From: Zygnema circumcarinatum SAG 698-1b
Lineage: Eukaryota > Plantae > Zygnematophyceae
Assembly: GCA_037447605.1 (NCBI GenBank)
Contig: CM074809.1
Coordinates: forward strand, 2,656,689 to 2,720,688
DNA length: 64,000 nt
Direction: 5' to 3'
Positions 39,119-51,125 of this stretch are shown in pieces. Under the pieces are notes generated by a model. It searched no databases, was not told the DNA's origin, and worked only from the letters and a program-made list of their open reading frames with translations. The translations under genes and the position numbers were made by a program. Position 1 is the first letter of the stretch, and the number at the start of each line of letters is the position of its first letter.

Positions 39119-41810
39119 CTACATCATTCCTATCAGTTGAACACATGTGCGAAGAATCGCTCCAGATACTCCTTTTGTCATCATATCAGCCGCCTGTTCC
39201 GTCGTCCGTATGAATTCCACTCTGATCTTCTTCTTCTTGACCTGCTCCCTTATAAAGTGATAATAGAGATCAATGTGTTTTGACCTCTTGTGGTTGGCGG
39301 GATTCTCTGTGAGTGCAATCGCTGATTTGTTGTCGATCAAAATCAAAATCGGATATTGTGCATATCCACACTCTTGAAAAAACATCTTAAGCCATATCGC
39401 CTCCTTTGCCGCGTGACAAGCTGCCATGTACTCTGACTCATTACTGGACAACGCAACTGTCTCCTGTAACTTCGAATTCCATGTGATACATCCTCCTCCA
39501 CACATGAACACATATCCTGACGTGGACCTACCAGTATCAATGTCTCCTCCCCAGTCGGCATCTGAATATCTGTACACCTGAATAGACTCACCAGCGCTAA
39601 ACGATATTCCGTACTCTGCCGTCCCCTTCACATAGCGAAAAATTCTCTTCACCGCCTCCCAATGTGCGACTCCAGGATTATTCAGAAAACGACTCACATT
39701 GTTGACTGCTTTTGCAAGGTCGGGTCTGGTACCTGTGGTGAGGTACATTAGGCTCCCAATGGCCTGTCGATAAGGCACTCGCTGCATCTCCACCTCTTCT
39801 TCTTTGGTCTTAGGGCAATCAGCTGCTGATAGCTTTGCACTGGGATCCATCGGTGAGGAACACGGATGGGCATCCTGCATTCGGAACTTCTCCAAGACAT
39901 CTTTTGCATACTGCTCCTGGGTGAGTAAAATCTTACCATTCTGCCCCCTCTTAATCTGAATTCCAAGTAAAAAGTTCGCCTCTCCAATGTCTGACATTTT
40001 GAAATTTCGTTGAAGCATCTCCTTCAGTGCTGCAATACTTGTTGTAGACTTGCTGACAATAATAATGTCGTCTACATAAATTCCAATGAAGATCCGTTCC
40101 TCTCCTTCTCCTTTGATGTAGACTGAAGGGTCTGTTTTGAATTGCCTGTATCCATTCTTCTGCATTACGTCATCCAACTTCTTATTCCAGGCTCGAGGTG
40201 CTTGCTTAAGTCCATAAATTGTCCGATGTAGCTTGCAGACTTTTCCTGGTACTTTCATCACTCCCTCTGGCATCTCCATGTAAATCTCCTCAGTTAATTC
40301 TCCATTTAAGAAGGCTGTCTTTACATCCATTTGATGAATATGCATCGATTCAGCTGCTGCAATAGCCACTAACGATCTCAAAGAATTGAATTTCACAACT
40401 GGAGCAAAAGTCTCCTGGTAATCTATGCCTTCTGTCTGTGAATATCCTTTAGCTACCAGTCTTGCCTTGTACCTTTCAATCGATCCATCTGCCTTGCGCT
40501 TGATTTTGAAAGTCCACTTGCATCCGATTGCATTTCTCCCACTTGGCAACTCCTCCAACGACCACGTGTCATTTTCCTTTAAGCTCTGCAACTCATCCTT
40601 GATAGCTTGCTTCCATTTCTCTTTATCTGGTCCTTCAATGGCCTCCTGAAATGATTGTGGCTCATTTGGTTTTGCTCGTGTGCAGGCTGCAACGTAGGCA
40701 AAATTATCAGTATCTGTAGGAATCCTTGTGAGCGCATCCAATGATTCTGCTGCCCTTCGAAAGTTCCTTGGGCGGTCATTTTCTGATGGTGTGAACGCCT
40801 CCCGCTCAGCTATGCGTGCACTTCGCCTCAAGGTAGGAATCTCCTCTCTTGACAATTCTTCAGGTGATTCTGATTCTTCCAACCTTGACTCCAAATCATC
40901 TCTTGGTTCAGCATCCCTTTCCTGCAAAATTGTGGGGCTTGGGTCTTCCTTAGCGCTCTCCTCATCCTGCACTTCTTCACTTAACCCCTCTACACTCCAT
41001 GAGTCCATGTCACTTCTGGTGACTTCTCCTTTCTCCACGAATTGAACATCCTTGCTACGCCTGACTACATTATTCTGAGCATCCCAAATCCTGTAGGTCA
41101 AACTCTCATGATCATATCCAACCAGCCATCCTCTCCATGCGGTAGGATTCATCTTCCCTCTCCTCTGAGCATGTGGAATATTGACAAAGCATTTGGACCC
41201 CCACACACGTAAGTGAGAAATTGTGGGCTTGGACTCGGTCCAAAGCTCTTCTGGAACCTTGCCATCATTCAAGGCTGATGTGGGACATCGATTTCTCACA
41301 TGGATCGCTGCATTGATGGCCTCTGCCCAAAAACTCAAATGCATATTAGAACCATGAAACATTGATCGTGCCATTTCCACCAAAGTGCGATTCAATCTTT
41401 CTGCTGCACCATTGCTTTCAGGACAGTGAGGTGCAGTAAATTGCTTTTTTATCCCTGCGTCCTTACAATGCTGCATAAATGCACTTGAGGTAAACTCTCC
41501 TCCATTATCTGTCCTCAAAGCTGCAATTTTCTCCCCTGTTTCTGTCTCCACCACTCGCTGCCAATGCTTAAAGCAATCTAGCGCTGCAGATTTCCTCTTA
41601 AGAAATGCTACCCAACACTTACGGGAATAATCATCCATGAAGGTGATGAAATATTCTGCACCGCTCTTGCTTACAGGTGAAATTGGGCCACAAATGTCAG
41701 AGTGAACCAACTCCAACTTCCTCGTTGCTCGGTACTTCCTTTCTCCATGGGTCTTGTGCGGTAGTTTGTGAGACTTGCACTACAAGCAGTCTTCACATGA
41801 CATGTTGGGA
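39119..41810 (-). pseudogene. Copia integrase-RT-RNaseH region, disconnected from gag by a frameshift and an in-frame TAG (41780-82)
   Basis: Motifs: LELVHSDICGP, LRTDNGGEF, NGAAERLNRTL, YKARLVAKG, HQMDVKTAFL, YGLKQAPRAW, YVDD, YSDADWGG, HKRSKHID. The CEDCL*CKSH zinc-finger half is interrupted. Confidence 0.9.
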
Positions 41811-41811
41811 C

Positions 41812-43563
41812 TCAGTCTCCTCTCATCTCCTCAATTCCAATCACTAAATTCTTCTCTACCATGCTTTTCATTCCCCAGTAGCTGAGATGTCCTAATCTCT
41901 TGTGCCACTTCTCCAGATTCTTCTCCACATCCACTTGATTTGCAGTCACTTGTAGATATTTGGGTTTCTCCCACTTCAAGAATGCAGTCTGTCCTTGTCT
42001 GAAGCCTTCTCCAACTAGATTCCATGTGCTCCTTTCTCTTATCTGAATCCCTCCTATGTCAAATAGTGTCACTACCCCTTGATCAAGCATATAGCAGACT
42101 GAGTAAAGATTGTGGATCATTTGTGGAGAGTACAAAACATCTGTGAGAACTGTTTCTACATTCCCTTCCTTTGTTTTTAGAATCAATCTCACTCTTCCAC
42201 TCTCTGTCACACTGAACCTTTGTCCGCTTGCTGTCTGAACAGTGATAGGCACATTCAGAGTATGTATCTCTTCAAATATCTCCTTCTCTGTACAAATATG
42301 AGCACTTGCTCCTGAATCTATAATCCAGTCTGATCTCTTGATGGAAAGATGATTGACTGAAGAGACTCCAAAGCTTGTGGCGTATCCTTCGGTCTGTTCA
42401 GTGGTTGCAGAATTTACGGTACTTCTGCTCATACAGTTCCTTGCTGAATGTCCTGGCTGGCCACAGGTATAGCAACTACCTCTGAACGTTGTATTTCCTT
42501 GGTTGTTGCGATTTTGAGGGCCGCCACCATATGCTGCAACTCCTCTGCCTCCGCCAGCACGACAGTCTCTTGATGTGTGGCCGTTTCCGCCACATGTATA
42601 GCAGGTGATTTCTGAAAACCTTCCACCGTTGTCAAACGAATTGAATCCTGCTCCTGCTCCTCTTCCTCTGTAGCTGGGAAAGTTTACCCCTTGAAAACTT
42701 CCACCTCTACCTCTGAATCCACCTCTGCTGTTGTGTCCACCTCTCGGTTCATATCCTCCTCTGCTGCTCATGTATCCTCCTCTATTTGCATGGCCTCCTC
42801 TGCTTGACTGTCCTCCTCCTCGACCTCTATAGTTTCCACTAGTCATGGTTGCAAATGCCGTCTCTTGCCTCCCTTTTCCCTCCTTTCTTATCCTCCTCAA
42901 CCTACAATCATACTCGATAATCCTAGCCTTTACATCCTCTAATGACATCCCTGATTGATGCAAGAAATTTGTAAGGTTATCGGCCGTCATCTCGTATTTG
43001 GAGGACAAACTCTGAAGATACATATAGGCCTGATCGTTTTCTACGATAGACCTTCCAGTTTCAGTCAGTGTTTTCAAAACGCTATCAAATCTGACATTGT
43101 AATTATCTAGACTTTCTGTCTCCCCCATCCTGATAGACGTAAATTCTGCATACGCTGCTATCCCTTGTGCTAAAGTTTTCGCAAAGTAAATGTTTTGGAG
43201 CTTCTTCCACATTTCTGCTGCAATTAGTCCTTTAAGTGCTAGTCCGTGAGGGGATTTCATGGAAGAGAGTATTAAGGCTTTTGCTTTACCATTTCTTTTC
43301 TTCCAACTTGCAAACTCCTTGGGCTCTTTCTCCTTGTCTGGTGTGGCTTCAGTACCATCCACCAATTCCATCAACTCCTTTGCTTCCAACACAGCTTCCA
43401 GATTTTGGCTCCAGGAAAGGTAGTTCGTCCCATCAAACAAAGTAACTAAGTATTTCCCTATATCGTCATCTCCTGACGCTCTGATACCACTTGTAGAACT
43501 GGAGCCTCTGTCTCTCTCATTATCATCCATCTCATCTTTGTGGGCCTTCCCTTTCTTAGACAT
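41812..43563 (-). CDS. Copia gag-protease-preintegrase ORF
   Basis: Contains LFDGTNYLSW, an RGG-rich linker, two CCHC knuckles (CYTCGGNGHTSRDC, CYTCGQPGHSARNC), protease WIIDSGAS and WHKRLGH. Ends at TGA 41812-14 through a frameshift. Confidence 0.92.
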   Translation of the reverse strand: MSKKGKAHKDEMDDNERDRGSSSTSGIRASGDDDIGKYLVTLFDGTNYLSWSQNLEAVLEAKELMELVDGTEATPDKEKEPKEFASWKKRNGKAKALILSSMKSPHGLALKGLIAAEMWKKLQNIYFAKTLAQGIAAYAEFTSIRMGETESLDNYNVRFDSVLKTLTETGRSIVENDQAYMYLQSLSSKYEMTADNLTNFLHQSGMSLEDVKARIIEYDCRLRRIRKEGKGRQETAFATMTSGNYRGRGGGQSSRGGHANRGGYMSSRGGYEPRGGHNSRGGFRGRGGSFQGVNFPSYRGRGAGAGFNSFDNGGRFSEITCYTCGGNGHTSRDCRAGGGRGVAAYGGGPQNRNNQGNTTFRGSCYTCGQPGHSARNCMSRSTVNSATTEQTEGYATSFGVSSVNHLSIKRSDWIIDSGASAHICTEKEIFEEIHTLNVPITVQTASGQRFSVTESGRVRLILKTKEGNVETVLTDVLYSPQMIHNLYSVCYMLDQGVVTLFDIGGIQIRERSTWNLVGEGFRQGQTAFLKWEKPKYLQVTANQVDVEKNLEKWHKRLGHLSYWGMKSMVEKNLVIGIEEMRGD

Positions 43564-44053
43564 GTTCAGCAATCACAAACATTCAATGCACAACACACTT
43601 ATCCCCAAAAGCTTTATTTCCAAAGATGAACAAGAGCTCAAGCATCCTATGCTTCCCTCAAAGCTCAGGTTGACAAAGACACACAAAACACGAGCCTTAT
43701 ATCTGTCCTTCCTAAAACCTCGCCGCCAAAATGCATAACATGATGAACAACACGAACCATACGATCAAAGGTCTTGGGATTCACACTACTTCCTAAGCAC
43801 TCAACACGTGTTACTCGGCTCGTACAATTCCGTACATAATATCCGAACAAACGTTCCGTACGACTCTATGTACGATTGTACGGATCTCAACAAAGACTCT
43901 CCCCCCTTCTTGGATATCCTCTCCCCCTTTTCGGGAAATTCCGTACTTCCATTTTGGCTATCCACTCCCCCCCCCCCCCCCTTTTTTTTGTTTCTCCTCT
44001 CATACATCAACGCAATGTCCGCAAACACATTCGCAGAGAGAGAGCAAAGCATA

Positions 44054-44160
<107 letters not shown>

Positions 44161-45193
44161 GCAAAGCAAAGCAAGCCAACCATTACATCATCATAGAGCT
44201 TCACATCCATAATCGAACATAATGCATTTCAATGGAAACAAAGGGTAAACAGAGAATAGAAAGTTCCTAAACAAAGAATAACTCGACTAAGCGTCTGCGC
44301 CATTGGAGCTTATAGTACAGAGTACAAAACTACAACGCTGAGCCAAAACATTCCTCAAAAGGAGGGGGGAGAGGAGGGAGGAGAGGTCTTTCTCTCTCTC
44401 TCCCTTTCTTTCTCTCTCTCTCCCTTTCTTTCTCTCTCTCTCTCTTTCTCTCTCTCCCTCGTTGCTATGCTTTTGCTCTCTCTCTGCGAATGTGTTTGCG
44501 GACATTGCGTTGATGTGTGAGAGGAGAAACCAAAAAAAAAGGGGGGGGGTGGATAACCAAAATGGAAGCACGAAATTTCCCGAAAAGGGGGAGAGGATAT
44601 CCAAAAGGGGGGGAGTCTATCATTCTCCTTTTTCTAACATTGCTAATATGTCTAACGACGCATGAAGCATCAGAGTTCGACTCCTTCACCCCATGTTGTC
44701 ATTTGTAACAAAATGACTAAATTTGATACTTTTGTAGAGTTGAATTGATTCAAATGGGAGGTTCAATACAGAAGTGCAGAGCTTCCCTTGTGGTTTCCCC
44801 AGCCGCAAGCCAAGCAAGGCTCACAGGTCGAAGAAGTAAAAAATAGAAATTGCAACTCTCTTTTCTCCAAAGTTCTTCACTCAAACCCCTATACTGCCCT
44901 CCCTACATTTTCGCCAGAAGGCCAACTGTTTTTAGGTTTTAGGAGGTGGTGAAGTTATTTTGGGTCGATCGAACTCGGACGGACGCAACTTTCCGGGTTC
45001 GGTTTTTTCCGAACCTGCGGGCCCGGCCGGCCGGGCGGCTCAAGTTTGTACTGTACCGGGAAACCTCAAGGTGGGAGCCGTCCGCAGGAGAGAGAGTCGG
45101 GGGGCGCCGTACGCGGTTGCGGGAATTAGGGCTGACATGGCAGGAGGCAGTGCGCGTTAGGGTTGGGGGGGGGCTAGGCGGGGCGGCGCCGCC

Positions 45194-46967
45194 ATGGATG
45201 ACGATGGACGCGTGGCAAGCAGACCGCCTCTGCTACAGTCCTCGCATCATGTCAAGAAGCGCGCGAGGAAGAACGTGGGCGCCACAGCTGTATATGATGA
45301 GAATGCCAGGAGGTTCGGAGAATCCCCTTGTCGGATCAGCGGTGGTAATTAGGCTTTTGAAGAGCTAGGGGCTTTTACTCTTGGATGTTTTCTTTCTCGT
45401 GCAGATTGCAACTTAATTGGATTTAGTTTTCTTTTATTATCCAAATTGGCAATGATGCAAAGGATTTGTTGCTGTTTCTGACAAGGGAAGTGAGAGTTGT
45501 GCCAGGGAATATTTGACTGGATTTCGGAAACGGAAGCAGGAGAGGCGCAAGCAAGCGGAGGCTGAGCAGGCGGTGAAGCTGCGAAGGAAACGCATACAAG
45601 AACGTGCTCAGGTGAGTGTCATCTGTTCTAGAAATGCTAGTCGGCTCCTGTTGAACTATGCATTGATTTTGAATTGCTGGCTAGCGCGGCATGCGCAAGT
45701 GGCCAGTCCTTTCTCATTGTCTCGGTTGCATTTATATTCAATCAAGTCATCTGCCCTTGATGGCACAAATTGTGAGCCGTAATAAGCATTCGAGTAGCAC
45801 TTCCTAATCACTCAAAGTTGGAAGACTATGAAGCTTTCGGTGAATTGTGACAATTGTCTGTCTGAACATCGAGTTGGATGAGGTTAATAACCATGTAAAA
45901 TTATGACGTCAATCATGAGTAGTTTGTGACCATGGTCCTTCAAAGCAATTGCCAAAATCATGTTTCCTGTTTTTTTTATGACGGCCAAGTCAGCCTGATT
46001 CGAATGTATTATGTGTGTATGGCGGCGGCCACTAGTACAGAAACGTCTGCAGTTGAAGATTGCCAGAGGAGAAGTGACAGATGACGCTGAAGGCGAAATG
46101 GAGGGGGGCCGGATAGATGTACCCAGTCGGAAAGAAGCAAATGATAATAGAGATGTGGTTTTGAAATCGTCTTTTGCCACTGAGAAAGAGGAATTAGCGG
46201 GCTCCGATGATTCTGCTGAGGTAGAGGAGGCAATGAATGGAGAAGGCCAGAACGCCGCTGTGGAAGGTGAGACATCCCAAAACTGTGAAAACTGTTAACT
46301 GGCAGCTTCTTGACATCGTCAGACGTCCCGCTTCATTTACCTCTCTGCATGCAAGATAATGACAGATGCATCCTTCCTTTTCGCAAATTGTTCTCTCAAG
46401 AAATGCAGAGACATGAAAAATGGGGTGAATATCCTCTGACGATGAGCTATAAAAGGCCATCCTTTCACTCGCAAGCCGTTGGGGTATATTAAACAGCAAA
46501 TTGTTCAAAAACTTCCTGGGGTGTTCCTTCTTCGTTTGTCTTTTCCGATGGACACATTGATCAGAAAGAGTGCATGTATCCATCTGCAATCGTTTTTTTG
46601 TATTTCTGCTGCATCTCAAAACGCCGACTAGCACAGCCGCTTCATTGAGGTACACCAACTTCTGTTTGTTGCAGGCGTCACAACATACGATTCTTTGGAC
46701 ACGACGACGGTTGTGATCACCTCAGTAATTAACCCGCTTGACGACGATGGAGTCGGCGCTACTAGAGTTGGCAATGGAGGCAGCCTGATGAATTCTAGGA
46801 GTGTGAATAACAAACTTGGAGTCACAGTTAAAAATCTCAAACGTCAAGCAAAAGCAGGGAAGTCTAAAAAAAGGAAACGTGATGGGGGGACAAAAAAAGG
46901 TTCATCATCCAAAGCATCAAAGGGGAAGTCAAAACGAAAAGGAAAGGGTAGAGCTTCAAAGAGATGA
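45194..46967 (+). CDS. NOL12: Nucleolar protein 12 / RRP17 homologue
   Basis: Exons 45194-45312, 45506-45611, 46041-46266 and 46675-46967 join in phase. Signature YDENARREYLTGFRKRKQERRK, a DTTTVVITS motif and a Lys-rich C-terminus. Confidence 0.82.
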
Positions 46968-48089
46968 GATTCAGGTGACAGTGCTAGAAAACGTGAACCC
47001 TTGTTTCCTGTACAGAAATTTTAGTCAATAAATTCTTGCAATGGTATCATGCAATCCTCGTGGAGATGAACTAATTATCGGATTATACCTTCTCTTATCT
47101 ATTGATACTTTTCATATTGTCCTGCACTTTGAGGTCGATAGCAACACTTGCCCTTTTGTCTTTCCCGGCTGTATTCCTCAGCCACTTTTTCTTTCAAGTG
47201 CAGGTGGCTCGGCTCATGAACGGCAGCATTGGAATAAGAGGTAAGAGTGAACGGCTCCCCTCGAGAGAAATGTCCAGGCTGACCTACGATCATGTGAATG
47301 TGCGCCAGCCTCGAAGCTGACCGCTGCTGTAGTTCACAACTAGATTCATTCGAAGTGCGAAAACTTTTACAGAAGAATGTGAAGGTTACAGGGTGCCTTG
47401 TGCCGCAACATTGTCTCCGGCACAGGTGGTGGTAAGTGCAAGTATTGAGGGTCTGATCGCATAGAAAAATTCTGCATGTCAGCAGCAAGGTGACTTAAAA
47501 AACGTTCCTGTCAGCAGTACAAAGTGACGGATCCTCTATCTCGATGTGCTTAGTCTGCCCAGCCGGAAAATGCTGTCCCTGAATGGGCCTATGTGACGAA
47601 GGCTAGTTCAAAGGTCCCCTGACATAACCTATTCATGTAACAGTTGCAAATTGCTGGTCACCCACCGGTATCTGACATATTAACAACAGGGCCGAATACT
47701 CAAGAGCTCAGATCTGACTACCATACGGTAAATGTGGCTGCTGCCAAATAATTGCTAAGTAAGAAAGTGCGCAGAAAAGAAAACGTGACTCCACGCCCCA
47801 TGGCCATCCTCTTGCAGACATCCAACACCTCCTCAAAAGTGCTCATGTCAAGCATCTTGGAGGGGGGTGAAAACGCCGACGGTAAATGCCCCACCTGCCG
47901 AGTGGTGGTATTGGAAAGTGAATGACTTGAGGTAATAGAAGCCTTTGCTATGACTAGTGTCTGTACACTCTCCCTACTAAAGCGGGATGTGTCGTATCTG
48001 CCTCCATCTGTGGTCACAAAGACGCCCCATACCATCGAGTCCCTGAAGCCCCAGTACGACAGGCAGCAGTCCAGTTCTCCAGACGGCGT

Positions 48090-49843
48090 TCACACTTGAT
48101 ACTTTCTGCGGTTGAGGTGCGGCGGCAGGAAGCAGGTGAGGACGAGCAGCAGCACGTGGAGGCCTCCCAGGATGAGCCACGTCAGGTGGTAGTCGAAGGG
48201 GAAGGCCTCGCGGTTGCTCGCGCTCCAAGCGAAGATGGCGCCGACAGCAATGGGCGCGATGGCCTGCACGATGTTCTGCACGGTGGCGAGGATGCCATTC
48301 ACGGCGCCCATGTACTGGGGGTAGCGCACGCTGTTGGCAGTCAGGATGAACATGGCGGCCATGCCCGTCATGTTGAAGCTGGTAATTGCGCCCACACAAA
48401 CACAAACACAAACAGCACGGCAGCGTTAGAGGGTGATCGCCCAGCCTGCTGCTGCTGCGGAATTCGATCATTCGGGGGAGGGCAGCCAACGGATAGATGA
48501 AGGAGGAGCGGCACCTTCGAAGGGCAAAGATGATGACGCATGCGATGTCTACTGCAATCTTGTTGCGCAGAAGGCGCACGAGAGGGATGCACGCCTGGAA
48601 GACGCCGGTGAGCAGCGACAGTTGAAGAGCAGTCACAGCACCAAACTGGTTGACGAGCCACGGATAGATCACCAGGGTTATGGGCACCTGTTGCCCGCCC
48701 TCCGGAGACAGCAATCATCCTTAGAAAATTTTCGAGGTAGTGCGTGGAGATGCAGCGACTCTCCCCCGGGGAGGAGGGGACATAGGTGCTGAGGTCGCTC
48801 ACCAGAGAGACTCCCGAGGCTGCCTGTGCAAGCCCCAAATTGGTGGTGGTGAAGCCGAGGCCGCCATCTTGCCAGTCCGAGAGCGACCACATAGGGAACA
48901 GCTGCCATGGATCCCCGAACACCCAAGCAATCACCACGCTCGTCTCACATTGTCATTTTACATGAATGAGCCACTCTAACGGCTACCAAGCAGGAAAAGT
49001 CTCAGCAGGAATAACCGTTGGTATTTGAAATCTGCCTCCATGCGGCTCTGACATGGGCACTCACCGCATCGAAGGCTACCGGCATGAAGCCGCAGAGGCA
49101 GAAAATGCATCCTGTCATCACTGCAACACCCAATGTCCCGATCATAATGTCTGTCAGAATCAGCTGACAAATTTCCCTTTGTTTGATCCGCTGTGCTCAA
49201 ATTCAATCTAATAAATGTGTCGGTACCATCAAATACTCGCGAAAAAGCAGGAGACGAGTCGACAAACTCCATGTAGTACGTCACATCACATCACATCACA
49301 TGATCCTTAAATTCCAAAATTATCACACTTACGCGTGTCAGGGTCACAGAAAACGACGCGAAAAAACCCTGGATCATCTTCCAGCACGATGTGCATCGCT
49401 TCCCCTTTGGCTGGCAGAAGATTCTCCTCCAGACCCCCCTCCTCCACCAGCATCCACTTCTCTGCGGAATTCGTGGGTTTTGCCCCTCCCAGCCTGTCCC
49501 CCCCGTCCTCTGACGACCTCGGAGTTCTGGCCATGGCCTCCACTCGGGGTAGCGGATTCCGGCCGAGAGTTTCCGGCAGGAAGAAGACACAGAAAACAGC
49601 AGCCAGGACGGAGAGAATACCGAGGACGAGACACGGGAGGAGGAAGGGGAAGGTGGCGAAGATGCTGTGGTGAGCAAAGATGGTCGGAAACTTCTTCGCG
49701 GGCTCAGCCAGCACGCCTCCAAGGACAGGGCCTGCATGGGAATAGGCAGAGAGTGAGCGGAGAATGTCCATTGGGGGACCGCATCACTATGCGGAAGAGC
49801 CATGGTTGGGAAGCGAGGGAGTCAGGAAGCAGGTGGAGAGAGT

Positions 49844-49884
<41 letters not shown>

Positions 49885-51125
49885 GGGGGGGGAGGGGAAG
49901 GAGAGAGCGCACCAAGGATGATGCCAAGTGCCCAGCAGAGCCCGAAAATTGCGAATCTGTGTGCAGAAACACGCACAAAGCAGGCGGGGTCAGGCGAGGG
50001 CGCAGCCCACAGGCAGTGAGCGGCAGCGACGGACGACTGCTCGACAACCGCCGGAACAAGCGCTGCGGCCACTTAAAAACGCAGGCGCGAGGGAGGGAGG
50101 GAGGGAGGGAGGAAGCGAGGGAGGGAGGGAGGGAGGAAGGGAGGAAGGGAGGCGCTCACCCCTGGGCCTGATTCGTGTCGTCACACAGCTCCGTCAACGC
50201 CCTGCGCTCCTCACAAAGAGAGAGAGAGTGAGAAAGGGATTAAGGTAAACAGGAGTAGAAACAGGCATGGAGGAGCAACGGGGAGAGGCAGGGAGGGGAA
50301 AGAGAGAAACGCATGGAGCGGGGTAGGACGGCAACAAGCGAGGGAAACTGGAAAGGCAAGGAAACGGAGCGTAGGAGAGGGAGGACTGAGGAATAGTCTC
50401 GAGGGGAAGCGCAAGTGAGCAAACTAGAGAGAGCGAGGAGGGATTGAGAGTAAGGGCAGGATGGAATGCGCACGTCTTGGCAGCTATGAAGACAGTGCAG
50501 AAGAGTCCCAGCAAAAAGCGCAACCCCACTGCCACAGCGAGGCTTCCACTGAAACCGAACATTGTGCCGAGCAATGCGTTGCTCGCCAGGCCGACCAACA
50601 CCACCGCCTTGCGACCAAGCACGTCGGATAGGCACCTGCTTCAAACCGGGGCCCAACCCAACCCTCGCTAAGCATCTCACTTTGCTGAGATAAGCTTCTC
50701 TTCTCGCATCATCATCTGCTCCTCTGCGCCATACCACAGAGCTGCATTCCTGTCACAGCTATGGCGGAAAGAGAGTCAATGGTCTCACCCCCACAGAGGG
50801 CCCGCGACGAGGCTTCCGAAGAAGTAAGCTGAGGCGAGAATTCCCGCATAGAACCTGCCCCTCCACAGGTGCAAGAGTCAGCTCGTATTGAACCCTTAAC
50901 CTTCAACATGCGGACAAAGGAAGGGCTTAAGAGGCTATGAGCTGACCCTGCTTCAGAGCTGCTGGTGGCGATTCTGAAGCTGGAGACCATGATGGGCGCG
51001 AAGGGGAAGATGAAGCTGACGACCAGCGAGTGCACGAGGAGGCCGCCCGAGAGGGCCGTCAGCGCCGCCATGGGGAGCTTCGTGACCTTGGGAGCCATGT
51101 AGGGCACGGCGCTTCCGAGGGCCAT
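48090..51125 (-). CDS. MFS transporter, ZIF/ZIFL-like (DHA1-related)
   Basis: Ten exons in phase: 51125-50947, 50854-50789, 50635-50474, 50201-50160, 49956-49913, 49731-49333, 49120-49065, 48901-48803, 48687-48515, 48378-48090. Motifs: FIFPFAPIM, GFYAGILASAYFFG, WG.LSDVLGRK (MFS motif A), ELCDDTNQAQGF, GPVLGGVLAEPA, DGGLGFTT, GAVNGI. Confidence 0.9.

Larger units (their letters stand above)
38694..43892 (-). mobile_element. Full-length Ty1/Copia LTR retrotransposon (5199 bp)
   Basis: 401-bp LTRs at 43892-43492 (5', TG..CA) and 39094-38694 (3', ends CT), with 7 mismatches by eye. TSD AAGAC (38689-93, 43893-97); tRNA-iMet PBS TGGTATCAGAGC at 43489-43478; PPT AGAGGGGGA at 39104-39096; domain order gag-PR-INT-RT-RH. 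Confidence 0.97.
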
